This document shows, piece after piece, positions 1-8,835 of a stretch of DNA of 64,000 nt. The translations under genes and the position numbers were made by a program. The stretch covers positions 1-64,000 of IMG/VR virus record IMGVR_UViG_2882837327_000001, one strand, 5' to 3'. A model generated the notes under the pieces. The model saw only the letters and a program-made list of their open reading frames with translations, ran no database searches and was not told the DNA's origin. The stretch's first letter is position 1, and each line of letters opens with the position of its first letter. The DNA is from a virus (lineage: Duplodnaviria > Caudoviricetes).

Positions 1-63
1 GCCGGCCTCCTGCTCGCGCAGGATCCCGATGATCTGCTCTTCCGTGAACCGTGATCGCTTCAT
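1..63 (-). CDS. IS3-family transposase OrfA, N-terminus (partial)
   Basis: Manual translation MKRSRFTEEQIIGILREQEAG, the typical IS3/IS407-group OrfA start; not in the ORF track. Confidence 0.9.
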   Translation of the reverse strand, partial: MKRSRFTEEQIIGILREQEAG

Positions 64-126
64 TCGTCCGTCCTTGGGTCGGGCGGACTCCAGTTATTTT
101 TGGAGGAGTCTCAGGGGGGCACGTCA
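1..126 (-). mobile_element. IS3-family insertion sequence, left end (runs off window start)
   Basis: Minus strand begins TGACGTGCCCCCCTGAGACTCCTCCA (IS3-type 5'-TG end) at 126, followed by orfA; homology of the recombinase ORF breaks exactly here. Confidence 0.85.
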
Positions 127-883
127 CACGCCACCGCGTGTCGTCAGCGGGCCGACCCTGCTGACCGGCATCTGCTTCTGCGAGAAGTGCGGCGGGGCCA
201 TGACGATCCGCACCGGCAAGGGCGGGCGCTATCGCTATTACACCTGCTCGATCAAGGCGCGGCAGGGCGAGACCGGCTGTTCCGGCCGCTCGATCCCGAT
301 GCCGCAGCTCGACGCCATCGTCTGCGATCATATCGAGAACCGGTTGCTCCAGCCCGAGCGGCTGGAGGAGATACTGGCCTCGATCCTCGACCGGCGTGAG
401 GAGCGGGCCGATCGCCGACGCGAGCATATCGCCGAATTGAACCGGCGCGCGGCCGAGACCGAACTGCGCCTGAAGCGTCTCTACGAGGCGATCGAATCAG
501 GTGTCGCCGATCTGAACGACCCGGCGCTGAAGGAGCGTGTCGTCGCCTTGCGCGCGCTGCGCGATCAGGCGCAGGCTGATTCGGAGCGGGCGCAGGCGCA
601 GCTCGAAAGCTCCGGCCAGATGGCCGTGACGCCGGCCGCGCTGCGCAAGTTCGCGACCTCGGCCCGCAAGCGGCTCCGGCAGGACGGGGGCGGCTATCGG
701 CGGGATCACCTGCGCGCCTTCGCCCAGCGCGTCGAGGTCGGCGAAAGCCATATCCGCATCATGGGATCGAAGGGAGAATTGCTGCGAACCCTGACGGCGG
801 TTTCCGGTGGGAAATCGGCGGCAATCGGCGTGCCCACTATGGGACTGAAATGGCGGACAGGGTGGGATTCGAACCCACGGTAA
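127..883 (+). pseudogene. Large serine recombinase, C-terminal part (zinc ribbon and coiled coil), interrupted by IS3
   Basis: TPPRVVSGPTLLTGICFCEKCGGAM...RYRYYTC zinc-ribbon motif; C-terminus KWRTGWDSNPR is read from the antisense of the tRNA 3' end. Confidence 0.85.
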
Positions 884-940
884 GCTCACACCTACGCCGG
901 TTTTCAAGACCGGTGCCTTCAACCTCTCGGCCACCTGTCC
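851..940 (-). tRNA. tRNA-Ser(TGA)
   Basis: GGACAGGTGGCCGAGAGGTTGAAGGCACCGGTCTTGAAAACCGGCGTAGGTGTGAGCTTACCGTGGGTTCGAATCCCACCCTGTCCGCCA: acceptor stem, anticodon arm CCGGT-CT-TGA-AA-ACCGG, long variable arm, TTCGAAT loop, encoded CCA. Confidence 0.97.
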
Positions 941-990
941 ACTCGTAAAATCAGCGGGTTAAGAAAAAAACCGCTGTGTAGTCTTATCAC

Positions 991-1011
991 TGTGCCGACT
1001 TTTGTGCCGAC
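991..1011 (+). repeat. Direct repeat TGTGCCGAC x2, putative integrase arm-type sites
   Basis: Copies at 991-999 and 1003-1011 between the tRNA 5' end and the integrase stop. Confidence 0.55.
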
Positions 1012-1029
1012 CCCCTTGAGGGAAGATCT

Positions 1030-2052
1030 TCACTCCGGCCGATCAACGAGCCATGCGGAATATACCTCAGTGGTGCGCACCGTGGAATGCCCGAGCCAGC
1101 GCGCCAGCCGATAGATCGAACCGCCCTTCTGCAGCCACCGGATTGCAAAGGTGTGCCGCAGGTCATGGAAGCGGAAATGGGCCACGTCGCAGCGCGCGTG
1201 GGCTTCTCTCCAGCGGTTCGCCACTTGGTTGAATCGCTCGCCGTCCCGATTCCGGAAGACGGGCTGGTCAGACCGGCCAGGCTGGCCCAACCACGTCATC
1301 AACAGCCGCCGGACGCTCGGCCTCATCTCGATGACACGCGGCGCCTTGGTCTTCGTCCGCGCGAAGGTGATGGTGCCGGCGGTGAAATTCACCTGGCCCC
1401 TCTCAAGGCTCGCCGCCTCCTCCTGCCGGCAGCCTGTCTTCGCCGCGAACCGCGACAGGGCGGCCAAGCCGGGGTTGGTCAGCTCCATCCGGAGGATCAC
1501 GGTGGCCAGCTCGCGGAGCCGAACGGGCTTGATCGGCTCCCGCGTCTCCACCAGCCCGTCCTTCTGCTCGGGCACCGGGTCGTACTCGATCCAGCCCGCG
1601 CGGCGCGCGACCTTGAAGATGCGGCTGGCCACGGCCAGGTCACGGCGAACCGTCGCCTGGCTGCAGCCCGCGCCCATGCGCTCGGCGATGAAGTCATTGA
1701 GCTTGCCCTTGGTGATCTGCTTCAGGGTCAGCTCGCCGAATGCAGGGTCCAGCATGCGGATGGAGGCTTCGTAGCGGCGCCTGGTAGCCGGCCGGAGGCG
1801 CGGGAAGTCGATCTTCATCCACCGCTCGACCGCCTCTTCCCAGGTCCGTTTCTGTTCCGCCTCCGCCTTCACCGGGTCGGCGCGGATCTCCTCTGCTTCC
1901 CTCAGGAGCTTTTCGACGCGCCCTTTTGCGATTTTCGGACTACTTGTGCGTAGAGACCGCCGGATTTCTCGACCATTGACCTGGATCCGGGCCCAGATCG
2001 TGTCGCCCCTGAGAAAGGTGTTGTCAGGGAGTTGAGGCTGTTGTGTTGCCAT
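1030..2052 (-). CDS. int: Tyrosine recombinase (phage integrase)
   Basis: KTGCRQEE, TKT, FHDLRH, LGH and TTEVY catalytic motifs; next to tRNA. Confidence 0.95.
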   Translation of the reverse strand: MATQQPQLPDNTFLRGDTIWARIQVNGREIRRSLRTSSPKIAKGRVEKLLREAEEIRADPVKAEAEQKRTWEEAVERWMKIDFPRLRPATRRRYEASIRMLDPAFGELTLKQITKGKLNDFIAERMGAGCSQATVRRDLAVASRIFKVARRAGWIEYDPVPEQKDGLVETREPIKPVRLRELATVILRMELTNPGLAALSRFAAKTGCRQEEAASLERGQVNFTAGTITFARTKTKAPRVIEMRPSVRRLLMTWLGQPGRSDQPVFRNRDGERFNQVANRWREAHARCDVAHFRFHDLRHTFAIRWLQKGGSIYRLARWLGHSTVRTTEVYSAWLVDRPE

Positions 2053-2264
2053 TCGTTGGGAACCGCTCCATGGGTTACAATGTATTCCTTCACATCATAT
2101 GCACGGAGCGTCCACCGAGATCCGATGCGCGATGCCGGCAGCTTGCCGGTGGCGATCAGCTTAGCGACCATCCGCCGGGATACGCCCATCAGCCGGGCGG
2201 CCTCCGGCGTCTGGATCCGGCGCTCGTCTTCAGGCGCAGGTGATGCGGGAAGAGGTTTGCTCAT
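1902..2264 (-). CDS. xis: Excisionase-like HTH protein
   Basis: IQTPEAARLMGVSRRMVAKLIATGKLPASRIGSRW (HTH_17-like); ATGA-coupled to the methyltransferase stop; overlaps integrase start. Confidence 0.8.
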   Translation of the reverse strand: MSKPLPASPAPEDERRIQTPEAARLMGVSRRMVAKLIATGKLPASRIGSRWTLRAYDVKEYIVTHGAVPNEWQHNSLNSLTTPFSGATRSGPGSRSMVEKSGGLYAQVVRKSQKGASKSS

Positions 2265-3508
2265 AGGTCGAAGAGGGGTCCGGCGCTGACCTTCGCCGGC
2301 GGCGCGGCCGGCGGGCGGGCCAGGGCAACCTCGCCACCGCAGCGCTCGGCCAAGCGGCGCTTGATGTCGCCGTAGTAGGTGGCGTCCGCCTCGATACCGA
2401 TGGCGTCGAAGCCCTCCCGGAAGGCAGCTTCCAGGGTGCTGCCGCTGCCGCTGAACGGATCCAGGACGGTCCCGCCAGGCGGTGTCATCAGCCGCACCAG
2501 CCACTGCATGAGAGCGAGAGGCTTCACGGTCGGATGCTCGCTCCCTGCCCGGTCGTTCTCCCCGGCCTTGGCCGAATAGAAAAACCGGCTGGCGGTGCCG
2601 CGGTCGCCGTGGAAGGCGCCGGAAACCCGCTTCCGGTCTCCGAAAGCATTCTTGGTGGTCGCACTGGGCTCGTCGCCGCGCACCGGCGCGCGGGCGCCCT
2701 TGTCGGCGCCGAAGGCGGCGAACGCCTCCTCCACCTCATCCGAGCCGTCATGCAGCACATTGGCAGGCCAGCGATCAAGGCCCGGTTGCCGGTCCACGGC
2801 ACGGAAGCCCCATTCGCCTTCACGAGAAGCGCGCTCAACGGGTTGACCGTCGCCCTTCACGCCCTGGTGCAGCCGATCGTCGGGCGCGAGCGGCACCCTG
2901 CTGGCGTCGATGTTCAGCCCGCCGGTCAGGTAGCGCAGCACGTTCCGGGGCACGCTGGACCATATCGGCTTGCGGGCCAGAACGATGGGTTCCCACGCGG
3001 GCTTCAGCGCGGTGCCCCACCCCTCCCACTGCGCCGCCACCGGGCCTGGCCCGAGCAGCTTCACAATGGACTTCGACACGTCATGGCTCTTCGGCCAGCC
3101 GGAGCCGTAGAGCCAGGCCAGGCAGTCGCGGATCTCGAATCCGGCATCCTCGATCGCCACCGCCATCCGGTGCCAGGTGCGGGTGCCCCCGAAGGCGCCC
3201 AGATGCCCGCCCGGCGGCAGCAGATCCCAGGCGAGGCGCCAAGTCGCCTTGCGGAAGGCGATGTCCGTGTCCCAGGTCTTACCCATGAAGCCGCGCGAGA
3301 TGCGCTGGAAGGCGCCATCCGAGCCGAATGGGGTCTCCACCGCGTCATCGCCACCGAAGCGGTCGATGATGCTGGTCAGGTTATAGGGCGGGTCGGTGAC
3401 AATGGCGTGCACCACCCTACCCTGCTCGGCCAGTCGCGCCATGACATCCACGCAGTCGGCATGGATCACCTCGATGGCCGGCCGGCGGGCGGTGGTGGCG
3501 TTATCCAT
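2261..3508 (-). CDS. Site-specific DNA methyltransferase (N4-C/N6-A, beta-type motif order)
   Basis: TDPPY motif IV, HPTVKP and DPFSGSGST motif I; start reassigned to MDNATT. Confidence 0.92.
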   Translation of the reverse strand: MDNATTARRPAIEVIHADCVDVMARLAEQGRVVHAIVTDPPYNLTSIIDRFGGDDAVETPFGSDGAFQRISRGFMGKTWDTDIAFRKATWRLAWDLLPPGGHLGAFGGTRTWHRMAVAIEDAGFEIRDCLAWLYGSGWPKSHDVSKSIVKLLGPGPVAAQWEGWGTALKPAWEPIVLARKPIWSSVPRNVLRYLTGGLNIDASRVPLAPDDRLHQGVKGDGQPVERASREGEWGFRAVDRQPGLDRWPANVLHDGSDEVEEAFAAFGADKGARAPVRGDEPSATTKNAFGDRKRVSGAFHGDRGTASRFFYSAKAGENDRAGSEHPTVKPLALMQWLVRLMTPPGGTVLDPFSGSGSTLEAAFREGFDAIGIEADATYYGDIKRRLAERCGGEVALARPPAAPPAKVSAGPLFDL

Positions 3509-3770
3509 GTGCCACCGCCCAGGCGAAGAGCTGCGGGATCCGCGATAGGTCAACATGGCAGGTGTGGCGCGTGTGGCCGTTCGCCAGGCGCTCGCCCGGG
3601 TGCATCTCCATGATCCGGCTGGCGTCGATGGCGTCGGCAAGAGCGATGCCGCTGAAGCTCGGCACCTCGCCTTCCTGCACGCCTTCGCGGATCATCCAGG
3701 CCTGCACCAGCCTGCTGTTGATCTCCTTCGCCTGGTCCAGGGTCATGGTGCTGTAGGGGAGCGGCGTCAT
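3501..3770 (-). CDS. Hypothetical phage protein
   Basis: ORF coupled to neighbours by start/stop overlaps. Confidence 0.6.
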   Translation of the reverse strand: MTPLPYSTMTLDQAKEINSRLVQAWMIREGVQEGEVPSFSGIALADAIDASRIMEMHPGERLANGHTRHTCHVDLSRIPQLFAWAVAHG

Positions 3771-4243
3771 CGCGGGTAAGTCTCCACCATGCTGGCCGCC
3801 ACCGCCTTGCCCAGGTCGGTCAGGTAGAAGAACACCATGTCGGGCGTGCCATCGAGGAAGCTGGGGTTCATGCGGCTGGCGGCCGGCGGCGTGAAGATCA
3901 GCTCCTCGTAGGCGAGGCGCAGCAGGGTCATGTCGCTGGCATGGGTGGCGAAGTGGTCGCGGTAGCCGGGGTTGCGGCTTGTCACCCCATAGGCGTGGGC
4001 AATGGCATGCTTTTCGTCGTCGGTAAGGCGTTCCAGGACGGGATGAGGGTGGGACAACCACACGTCCCTTTCGGGCAGCCGGCGGGCACTCAACTCAGCC
4101 CAAAGGTTCCCTGACCAGCCACAGTCTTCCATCCTCGACACGAGTTGTGCCTTGGCCTTGGCTGCCGTTGGCGCATAGACGCAATCCGGCTCATCGGCTG
4201 AGGAGGCACGCACCTCATATGCCTTGCGGTGGCGGCCGATCAT
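3767..4243 (-). CDS. Hypothetical phage protein
   Basis: 158-aa ORF with ATGA overlaps on both sides. Confidence 0.7.
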   Translation of the reverse strand: MIGRHRKAYEVRASSADEPDCVYAPTAAKAKAQLVSRMEDCGWSGNLWAELSARRLPERDVWLSHPHPVLERLTDDEKHAIAHAYGVTSRNPGYRDHFATHASDMTLLRLAYEELIFTPPAASRMNPSFLDGTPDMVFFYLTDLGKAVAASMVETYPR

Positions 4244-5043
4244 GGCTTGCTCCGCTTCTTGGGTTTCTCAGGGAGGTAGTAGGCTGGGATTGGGGGCAGC
4301 TCGATGCCGAGGGACTGGAACATCTCCGCCGTAGCCGCAGCCGCCTCCTTCGCATGCGCCTCCGCAGCGGCGGCGTGCGTAAAGGCGCCAGGCGTCACCT
4401 CCTGCACCTTCATCAGCAGCTTCAGCGTCTCCGCCATTTTCTCGGGGGTGTTCTTCCAGCCGTCGATCTGAACGCCGGCAGCGTCGAGAATGGCCGATAT
4501 CCTCTCGGCGCCGGTGGCGCCGCGTTCCAGGCGCTCCTTCGCGGCGTCCATCTTCCATTTCAACTCGCGCTCGACGGCCTCACGCACCGCCGCATCATGG
4601 CTCCGCACCTGAATGGCCTGGCCGGCGCGCAGCAGCGCGGCAACGAAATGCCGGGGCAGGATGTCTTGGCGCTGGTGGCGGGCGGCCTGACGGCTGACGG
4701 TGATCTTCAGGTCGGCGCCGACCTTCATCAGGCCCCAGGCCACCGGGATATCGTCCGGCTCCACCGACATGCTTTGCGGCACCACCAGCCACCAGCAGTC
4801 GCAATACTGCGCGATCGCCTCAGCCTTCGCCGGTTCCAGCAGCTCGCGTTTCAGATCCTGCTTGGAGACCTTGATCTCGAAGCCCTCGATGCTGAGGCCA
4901 CGGCTGGGCCACATGTTCATCATCACGGCATCGGCGTGCCGCTTCACATTGAAGCCGGTGCCGTCTGCCACCTCGAAGACGAGCACGCATTCACCGGCTG
5001 GGTAGCGGCGACGCAGTGCGTCGCAGATGTCCTGTGATCGCAT
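4240..5043 (-). CDS. MmcB-like PD-(D/E)xK nuclease-fold protein
   Basis: RHADAVMMNMWPSRGLSIEGFEIKVSKQDLKREL...YCDCWWLV pattern. Confidence 0.7.
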   Translation of the reverse strand: MRSQDICDALRRRYPAGECVLVFEVADGTGFNVKRHADAVMMNMWPSRGLSIEGFEIKVSKQDLKRELLEPAKAEAIAQYCDCWWLVVPQSMSVEPDDIPVAWGLMKVGADLKITVSRQAARHQRQDILPRHFVAALLRAGQAIQVRSHDAAVREAVERELKWKMDAAKERLERGATGAERISAILDAAGVQIDGWKNTPEKMAETLKLLMKVQEVTPGAFTHAAAAEAHAKEAAAATAEMFQSLGIELPPIPAYYLPEKPKKRSKP

Positions 5044-5050
5044 GGCGCCC

Positions 5051-5302
5051 TCAGAACGGTATGCCATCGTCGTAGGAAGGGGTTGCCCCCTGTTCCGACG
5101 CCGGGCTGTTGAGCGTTGTGACGGTCAGGCCGCGGACTGCGGCAACCTTCAGGGCCTCCAACACGAAGAAGGGCCTGCCGGGGTTCCGCTCCGCCAGGCG
5201 TCGGGCCTCCCGCTCCGCGCTCTCTTCCGTGTCATGACGATGGGAAGGCGGGCGCTGGCCAGTCGGGCACCAGACCAGCCAGAATTTCTCGGGATGAGCC
5301 AT
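5051..5302 (-). CDS. Conserved small phage protein
   Basis: FWLVWCP...PPSHRH...AEREARRLA...FFVLEA pattern. Confidence 0.65.
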   Translation of the reverse strand: MAHPEKFWLVWCPTGQRPPSHRHDTEESAEREARRLAERNPGRPFFVLEALKVAAVRGLTVTTLNSPASEQGATPSYDDGIPF

Positions 5303-5303
5303 G

Positions 5304-5846
5304 TCAGGCCTCGTGCTTCGCGGTGGTGGCCGGCTGGGGCGGCCAGGGCAGCAGCTCGGTGCCGCCGGGGATGTAGAGGGGATGGCGGGGCTTGCCGCCC
5401 TTGGTCAGGCCAAGATGGAAGGCGGGCACCTCGGCCTTCGCGATCAGCTCGCGGGCGCGGGCCACGCGGTCCGGCCGGGCATGGGCGCCCCAGGCGCAGA
5501 TCACCCTTTCGCTTCTGGACAGCGTTGCCTGAATGCACTCGTCATTCACCGGCCCGACCGGATCGGGGTGGGTCCACAGGGCCTCGGGCTGCGGGCTTCG
5601 CAGCGCATAGAGGTTCACCACCACCAGGGAGCTGAATCCCCACGCCCATGAGAAGGCCATGACGCGCCGCAGGGTCGGATCGTCCTGCGCCGCGTCGGCC
5701 GTCGAAGGGTTGAGCATGATCCAGGAGACGCCCGGGCGCCGGATGGCTGCCACCCCCGACTTCACCCGGCCGAGGGTGTAGCGATAGGTGCCGCAGGTGC
5801 TGAGGTGGGCCGTGTAGCCCTCCTTCGGGATCAGCAGCTCGCTCAT
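5304..5846 (-). CDS. DUF1643 family protein
   Basis: CGTYRYTL, IMLNPSTAD, DDPTLRR, VVNLYALRS, AWG and PRHPLY motifs. Confidence 0.9.
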   Translation of the reverse strand: MSELLIPKEGYTAHLSTCGTYRYTLGRVKSGVAAIRRPGVSWIMLNPSTADAAQDDPTLRRVMAFSWAWGFSSLVVVNLYALRSPQPEALWTHPDPVGPVNDECIQATLSRSERVICAWGAHARPDRVARARELIAKAEVPAFHLGLTKGGKPRHPLYIPGGTELLPWPPQPATTAKHEA

Positions 5847-6562
5847 GCCGCCACCTTCGCCGGAGCGTCGATGTTCCGGATCTCGACGCGGCCAGCCATC
5901 GCGACCACCTCGGGGTTGGCTGCCCAAGCGTCAGGTCCGTGTAGCTCATCCCAGAAGGCGGAAAGCGCCGCCTGCGGGGAAGAGTGGCAGAGGCCGCAAA
6001 GGTCATATCCGAAGCCCGGAACCACGAAGCAGTTGGGGCGTATCATCTTCACCCCTTCCGCCAGGCAGTCCGCGGTGCTGATGCGGTGAAGGGGCTCGCG
6101 CTTGACCTCTTCAACCAGCATGGTGATGCGCGATGCCCAGCGCGGGAGGTAGAAGGGTGCGCGCCAGGGGCCCTTTCCGGCATCCGTCCCGCCATTCGTG
6201 GATCCCACCGGGAAATCCACGCAGCTGTGCCCGCGCGCATCTTCGTCCAGGCGTGGATCCTCTTTCGGGATTGTGCGGGCTGGCCACCATTCCTCGCCGT
6301 CGCGCGAGCCATACCAGAGGTTCCATGCCTCCCTCGCCCATAGGCGGTCGCCTGGCTTCACCTTCTGCCAGACCGAGGGTCGGAAGCTGCCGGCTCTCCC
6401 AAGCAGCACCACGACATTGCGCGGGACCGCGCGGGCCGGCTGCCCTTCCTTCGGCGGCTCGGGCGAGTAGTCCGACCATGCCAGCCGCCGCGTCATCGTC
6501 TTCTGGCCGGCAAGCAGGGCCAGGATCATCGGGGCGCTGAAGATGATGGGGTAGTCAGCCAT
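5843..6562 (-). CDS. ASCH/PUA-like phage protein 1
   Basis: PIIFSAPMILALLAGQKTMTRR, GDRLWAREAW, PRWASRITMLVEEVKREPLHRIS, NPEVV. Confidence 0.75.
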   Translation of the reverse strand: MADYPIIFSAPMILALLAGQKTMTRRLAWSDYSPEPPKEGQPARAVPRNVVVLLGRAGSFRPSVWQKVKPGDRLWAREAWNLWYGSRDGEEWWPARTIPKEDPRLDEDARGHSCVDFPVGSTNGGTDAGKGPWRAPFYLPRWASRITMLVEEVKREPLHRISTADCLAEGVKMIRPNCFVVPGFGYDLCGLCHSSPQAALSAFWDELHGPDAWAANPEVVAMAGRVEIRNIDAPAKVAA

Positions 6563-7253
6563 GGTCCGCCTCCACAGGCGCGGTGGCGGGCGCGGGCGCG
6601 TCAATGTTGCGCTTCACCAGTCGGACCCTGGCCGCGGCGACCCAAGGATTCTCCTCCCAGGTCGCGGCGCCCAGCCGCTCGATGCAGTGAGCCTTCCACG
6701 CTGCCAGGCCGGCGGTCACCGGCTTGAAGTCGTAGATGCTGCGCGCCAGGCCCTCGGCGCAGATCTCGCCGAGCGTGGTGTCGTGAAGCCGCTCGCACCG
6801 GACGCTCTCGACATGCAGGGTCAGGCGCGACGCCCAGCGCGGCATACGGTCGGGGCGGCGCACCTGCGCCTCGATGAGCTCCGGGCTTCCGGCGAGGTAG
6901 TTGACCGGGGTGGCCGGCAACCGCTTCGCATCGGTCCCGTCGAAGCTGTGATGGACGGCCCACGGCTCGCGCACCCACAGCCGGTCGCGCTGCTGGAACG
7001 GTGCCAGAATGCACGTTGCGGTCTTCGGATGGTGGATGCCGACAAGGCTCGGCACCTCCACGCGCTCGCCGCGCACGATGCGGAAGACGCCCACGCCCCC
7101 GAGGCTGGTGTGCTCCCACGAGCTCAGGTTGCCCGAACCCACCTTGGCGCGAACGCGCGGCATGATCCTGATGATCGCCCGGACCATGGTCTTGCGGCCG
7201 TCCAGCAGCGCCATCACCTCGTCAGGGCTCATGTTGATGGAGTGGTCAGCCAT
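6555..7253 (-). CDS. ASCH/PUA-like phage protein 2
   Basis: ALLDGRKTMVR, DRLWVREPW, MPRWASRLTLHVESVRCERL, WEENPWV. Confidence 0.75.
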   Translation of the reverse strand: MADHSINMSPDEVMALLDGRKTMVRAIIRIMPRVRAKVGSGNLSSWEHTSLGGVGVFRIVRGERVEVPSLVGIHHPKTATCILAPFQQRDRLWVREPWAVHHSFDGTDAKRLPATPVNYLAGSPELIEAQVRRPDRMPRWASRLTLHVESVRCERLHDTTLGEICAEGLARSIYDFKPVTAGLAAWKAHCIERLGAATWEENPWVAAARVRLVKRNIDAPAPATAPVEADHG

Positions 7254-7719
7254 GAGCGTCGGCCCCCTTCCAATTCCAGAAGCCTTGCGCGCCGGTGGCG
7301 GGGACCGGCGGTTCCAGCGCCCGCACCTCCTCCATCGGCCAGGCGAACATCTGGTGGTTGATCCGGTCGCTATCGACGTATCTGGCCGGCAACTGGCTCG
7401 CCAGGATGGGCGTGCCGAGGCGAACGGTGCACACGATGTGGCTGAGCGGCAGCGCCAGGCCGGCAAGGCAGCGTTCTAGCAGCTCGATGGAGGGCTCGAC
7501 TTCGAGACCTGTGCCCATCTCACCTTCCTTGCGGAGCATCAGAAGCAGCTCCTTCAGCTCGTCTTTCTTCATCGGGCGCGCGCCGGCGTGAATGGCCAGG
7601 CGCCTGCCGACCAAGCTCTTCGGCGCCGGCCACTTGCGGAACTCCCACGGCTTCAGCTTCAGGGCGATCAGCGTGGCCCAGGGCTGCCAGACCGTAATGG
7701 CGGGGATCGTGTCAGCCAT
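7246..7719 (-). CDS. ASCH domain protein (canonical type)
   Basis: AITVWQPWATLIA..LKPWEFRKW, LAIHAG and GAQGFWNW motifs. Confidence 0.85.
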   Translation of the reverse strand: MADTIPAITVWQPWATLIALKLKPWEFRKWPAPKSLVGRRLAIHAGARPMKKDELKELLLMLRKEGEMGTGLEVEPSIELLERCLAGLALPLSHIVCTVRLGTPILASQLPARYVDSDRINHQMFAWPMEEVRALEPPVPATGAQGFWNWKGADAHG

Positions 7720-8284
7720 GCCCGAGCTCCTTCCGCGCATTGGCCAGCGCCGCGTTCAGCCGGGCCATGGCATCGTGGCTGCCACCGGGCTTGTCCGGAT
7801 GCGCTGCGCGGGCGAGGCGCCTATGAGCCTCCTCTGCGTCGGCGAGGGTGGCGCCCGGCGCCAGGCCGAGCGCGGCGCGCCAGGCCTCCGGCGGCGGAAG
7901 CGCAGTCAGGCCCGTGAACATGCGGTGCAGCATGTGCTTCGCGCCCCAGCGTTCCAGGCCGCGCAGCGCCTCGATCGACTTCGCGATGGCGCGCAGATTC
8001 CCGGCGACGCTGTTCCAGCGGTCGCACGGGATGGCGATCGCCAGCCCGTTCCGGGTGCAGTAGGCCACCACGCCGGGATCCCGAGGGCTTTCCACGCCCA
8101 GGGTGACATCGCTTGACAGCACCACGTTGCTTGCGCCGAAGCGCCCCAGCTCTGCCTGGCACTCGCGGAGCGCGTTGGTCAGCGAAGGGTCGTTGCGGGC
8201 AGCCCAGCGCTCGCGCTGCCCGCCCGGCGTCCGCGGGAAGCCGTCTGGCCAGGCCAAGGGGAAGGCGGTCGGGGTCCAGCTCAT
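7712..8284 (-). CDS. J-domain-containing phage protein
   Basis: C-terminal RRLARAAHPDKPGGSHDAMARLN (HPD motif); N-terminal FPLAWPDGFPRT. Confidence 0.85.
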   Translation of the reverse strand: MSWTPTAFPLAWPDGFPRTPGGQRERWAARNDPSLTNALRECQAELGRFGASNVVLSSDVTLGVESPRDPGVVAYCTRNGLAIAIPCDRWNSVAGNLRAIAKSIEALRGLERWGAKHMLHRMFTGLTALPPPEAWRAALGLAPGATLADAEEAHRRLARAAHPDKPGGSHDAMARLNAALANARKELGHG

Positions 8285-8835
8285 GATCCGGCCACCGCCT
8301 TCGGCCCGAACATCTCCCGCGTCTTGATCAGGTCAGCGGCGTGCGCTTCCCGGTCCCAAGGCCAGGGGATGACGATGGCCAGCAGCAGGATGTCGTGCTC
8401 GGCCTTATTGATGGCGGAGTTGAACTGGTTGTGCTGGTTGCAGAGCCACACCGCATGCTCGAAATTCTCGGCGGCGTGCACATCATCCGGCCCGAGGACG
8501 TTCACGCACCACAGCAGCTTGGCGCGCTGGCTCTCCTGATAGTGGTGCCGGCGCCATTGCCGGAAATGGTGCACCCCCTGCGCCAGCGCGCGGTCCATCT
8601 CGTCAGGGGTAGGCCAGCGGATGTCCGCCGGCACCGGGAAATGGGGTCTGCTCAGGCGGAACGCTGGGTCGTTCTCCGCCTCCGACCCGACGCCAAGGAC
8701 GAATTGCCCGCGGCGCGACCGCAGATGGAAGGGGGTGCCATCAATGGTGCCCTCGACATCGGTTCTGCCGAGCGTAGCCGACCTGTTGGCGATGACGGTG
8801 CCCGCGTCCAGCGGCGGGATAGGCGGGGTTCTCAT
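8281..8835 (-). CDS. Hypothetical phage protein
   Basis: Coupled ORF in the early operon. Confidence 0.6.
   Translation of the reverse strand: MRTPPIPPLDAGTVIANRSATLGRTDVEGTIDGTPFHLRSRRGQFVLGVGSEAENDPAFRLSRPHFPVPADIRWPTPDEMDRALAQGVHHFRQWRRHHYQESQRAKLLWCVNVLGPDDVHAAENFEHAVWLCNQHNQFNSAINKAEHDILLLAIVIPWPWDREAHAADLIKTREMFGPKAVAGS

Noticed and set aside
29-126. N-terminus of the 284-aa ORF as the real recombinase start
   Set aside because: This stretch is IS3 terminal and orfA sequence on the opposite strand
497-934. 145-aa minus ORF starting MAERLKAPVLKTG
   Set aside because: It is a translation of the tRNA gene and of the recombinase antisense strand
2261-5043. Methyltransferase plus MmcB-like nuclease as a restriction-modification pair
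   Set aside because: Genes are separated by unrelated ORFs and both families are common solitary phage genes; nothing links their specificity
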